A stretch of 64,000 nucleotides of DNA from an uncultured Actinomycetota bacterium. Its GTDB lineage: Bacteria > Actinomycetota > Actinomycetes > JAFAQI01. Positions within the stretch are counted from its first letter, which is position 1. Every line of letters starts with the position of its first letter. The notes beneath the pieces were generated by a model. That model had not been told where the DNA came from. It searched no databases and worked only from the letters and a program-made list of their open reading frames with translations. The translations under genes and the position numbers were made by a program. The stretch covers positions 1,152,001 through 1,216,000 of the forward strand of contig CAVYQE010000001.1 of the NCBI GenBank assembly GCA_963770565.1, written 5' to 3'. This document shows, one piece after another, positions 62,535 to 64,000 of the stretch.

Positions 62535-62618
62535 CCAAGCAATGTCACATTGCCTAGGGTTTCGCGGGGGTGATGTCACATTGCCCCACGAAGTGGGGGG
62601 TAATGTGACATCGCTTGG
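62535..62618. repeat. Inverted-repeat element with three ATGTCACAT-type units (REP/MITE-like, possible bidirectional terminator)
   Basis: CCAAGCAATGTCACATTGCC ... GGTAATGTGACATCGCTTGG (18/20 complementary) plus an internal copy GATGTCACATTGCC, between convergent genes. Confidence 0.6.
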
Positions 62619-62621
62619 CGA

Positions 62622-63998
62622 CTAGGTCGACGCGCATTGATGGATCTGTTCGAACGGATCCTTCGAGAAGTAGTTGGCGAAGCCGTCGGGCGAGGTCAGG
62701 ATGCCGCACCACTTCTTGCTCCAGCCCTCGAGCACGTTGACGTAGACGAGGACGAGGTACGGCCGGTCGGCCGCGACGATCTGCTGCATCTGGTAGACGA
62801 TCTGACGTCGTTTCGCGACGTCCGACGCCGATGCCTGCTCGTTGAACAGCCTGTCGTACTGAGGGTTGCAGTAGCCACTGTCGCTGAGGTTGTTGCGCTG
62901 CGTGCAGGTCAGCACGCTGAGGATGTAGTCCGGGTCGATGTAGGCGTCCCAGCCCCACATTGCGAGCTGGTAGTTGCGGTAGTGGTTGCCGTAGAGGTCG
63001 CTGTTCAGCTGGGTGTCGCCGACGACCGACAGGGTCAGCTTGATTCCGATCCGCTTGAAGTCGGTCACCATGATCTGGCCGGAGCGGATCCCGGCGCCGC
63101 CGTTGTCGGTGGAGATCAGGAACGTGTAGGCCATCGGATGGCCGTCGGCGACCCGGATCCCGTTCGACCCCATCTTGTAGCCGGCGGCGTTAAGCAGCTC
63201 GTTCGCTTTCGCGAGGTTGAACGGCAGCCCCTTGACACTCGGATCGGACCACGAGCCGGAAGCCGGCGGGACGATCGATCCACCGGGCTGCGCGAAGCCG
63301 AGGTAGGCGACCCTGGTAATCGTGGCGCGGTCGGTGGCGTACTCGATCGCCTCGCGGACCTTCGGGTTCAGCAGCTCACGATGCGCGACCATCGTCGACA
63401 CCGTGTTGATGATGATGTCCTGGAACGACGTGGCTTCGACGTTGACGATGTTGAATCCGGCCGCCTTGAGCGAGCTAATCGACGTCGCCGGCAATGAGGG
63501 GTCGCCGAGCGCGGCGTCGATCTGACCGGACTTCAACGCCTCGACCTCGGCGTCGCTATCGGCAAAGTACTGGTAGCCGAAGCCGGCGATCTTCGGCTTC
63601 GGGCCGTACCAGTCGGGGTTGCGCTTGAACAGCGCGATCTGACCGGAGACGTACTTCGTGAAAATGAAAGGACCGCCACTCACCACCGGGGTGGAGCCGC
63701 TCGGGAGGTTGGCAAACGTGCGCAGCTTGGCGCCGTTGCCGACGGCGTACTGCTTCCAGATGTGCTCAGGCAGGATCGGCAGCGACGACAGCGACGACAG
63801 CACGTTCGCCACCGTGCTGGAGTATGAGACCACCAGCGTGGTCGGCGATGTTGCCGTCGCGCTGACCATGTCGACGACGTTCGAGATGTCTTGCGCGGTC
63901 GGTCCGTTCTTGTACTTCAGGATGGTCTGGAGCGTCCAGGCGGCGTCGTTCGCAGTGAGTGGCGTGCCGTCCGACCACTTGGCGCCGGCCCTGGTGTG
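62622..63998 (-). CDS. Peptide ABC transporter substrate-binding protein (family 5), 5'-truncated by window edge
   Basis: 'KWSDGTPLTANDAAWT', 'LPILPEHIW', 'GGPF', 'VREAIEYATDR', 'GYCNPQYD.L'. Confidence 0.9.
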   Translation of the reverse strand, partial: HTRAGAKWSDGTPLTANDAAWTLQTILKYKNGPTAQDISNVVDMVSATATSPTTLVVSYSSTVANVLSSLSSLPILPEHIWKQYAVGNGAKLRTFANLPSGSTPVVSGGPFIFTKYVSGQIALFKRNPDWYGPKPKIAGFGYQYFADSDAEVEALKSGQIDAALGDPSLPATSISSLKAAGFNIVNVEATSFQDIIINTVSTMVAHRELLNPKVREAIEYATDRATITRVAYLGFAQPGGSIVPPASGSWSDPSVKGLPFNLAKANELLNAAGYKMGSNGIRVADGHPMAYTFLISTDNGGAGIRSGQIMVTDFKRIGIKLTLSVVGDTQLNSDLYGNHYRNYQLAMWGWDAYIDPDYILSVLTCTQRNNLSDSGYCNPQYDRLFNEQASASDVAKRRQIVYQMQQIVAADRPYLVLVYVNVLEGWSKKWCGILTSPDGFANYFSKDPFEQIHQCAST

Positions 63999-64000
63999 GA

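Overview
High-GC actinobacterial chromosomal window; the lineage is uncertain (soil/peat Acidimicrobiia- or Frankiales-like by gene style). Left to right: (1) rtcB followed by an array of 11 tandem, mostly atypical tRNA genes (5415-6405), with its own promoter, a structured leader/uORF and an rRNA-operon-type boxB/boxA-like element; (2) a SigB/SigF partner-switching stress cluster; (3) helR preceded by a rifamycin-associated element (RAE); (4) secreted Gly-rich/Cys-repeat proteins and a cNMP signalling module; (5) molybdenum-cofactor-type oxidoreductases; (6) a >21 kb GntR-associated selenium locus. This last locus has complete Sec machinery (selC, selB, selD, selA) and a divergent glycine/sarcosine/betaine-reductase-like system. 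Its two selenoproteins (GrdB-like 50551-51840, GrdA 53527-53985) are split by in-frame TGA in the ORF track. The reductase lacks the pyruvoyl-forming Cys, has UxxGxxC instead of UxxCxxC, and has no grdD in the window. Between grdA and selB sits a triad of a non-canonical acyl-CoA dehydrogenase, a signal-less PhnD-fold protein and a TusA-like/di-iron ferritin-like protein. The Se locus and the rtcB-tRNA array are the best candidates for undescribed systems. All calls come from motif recognition by eye; no database searches were run.
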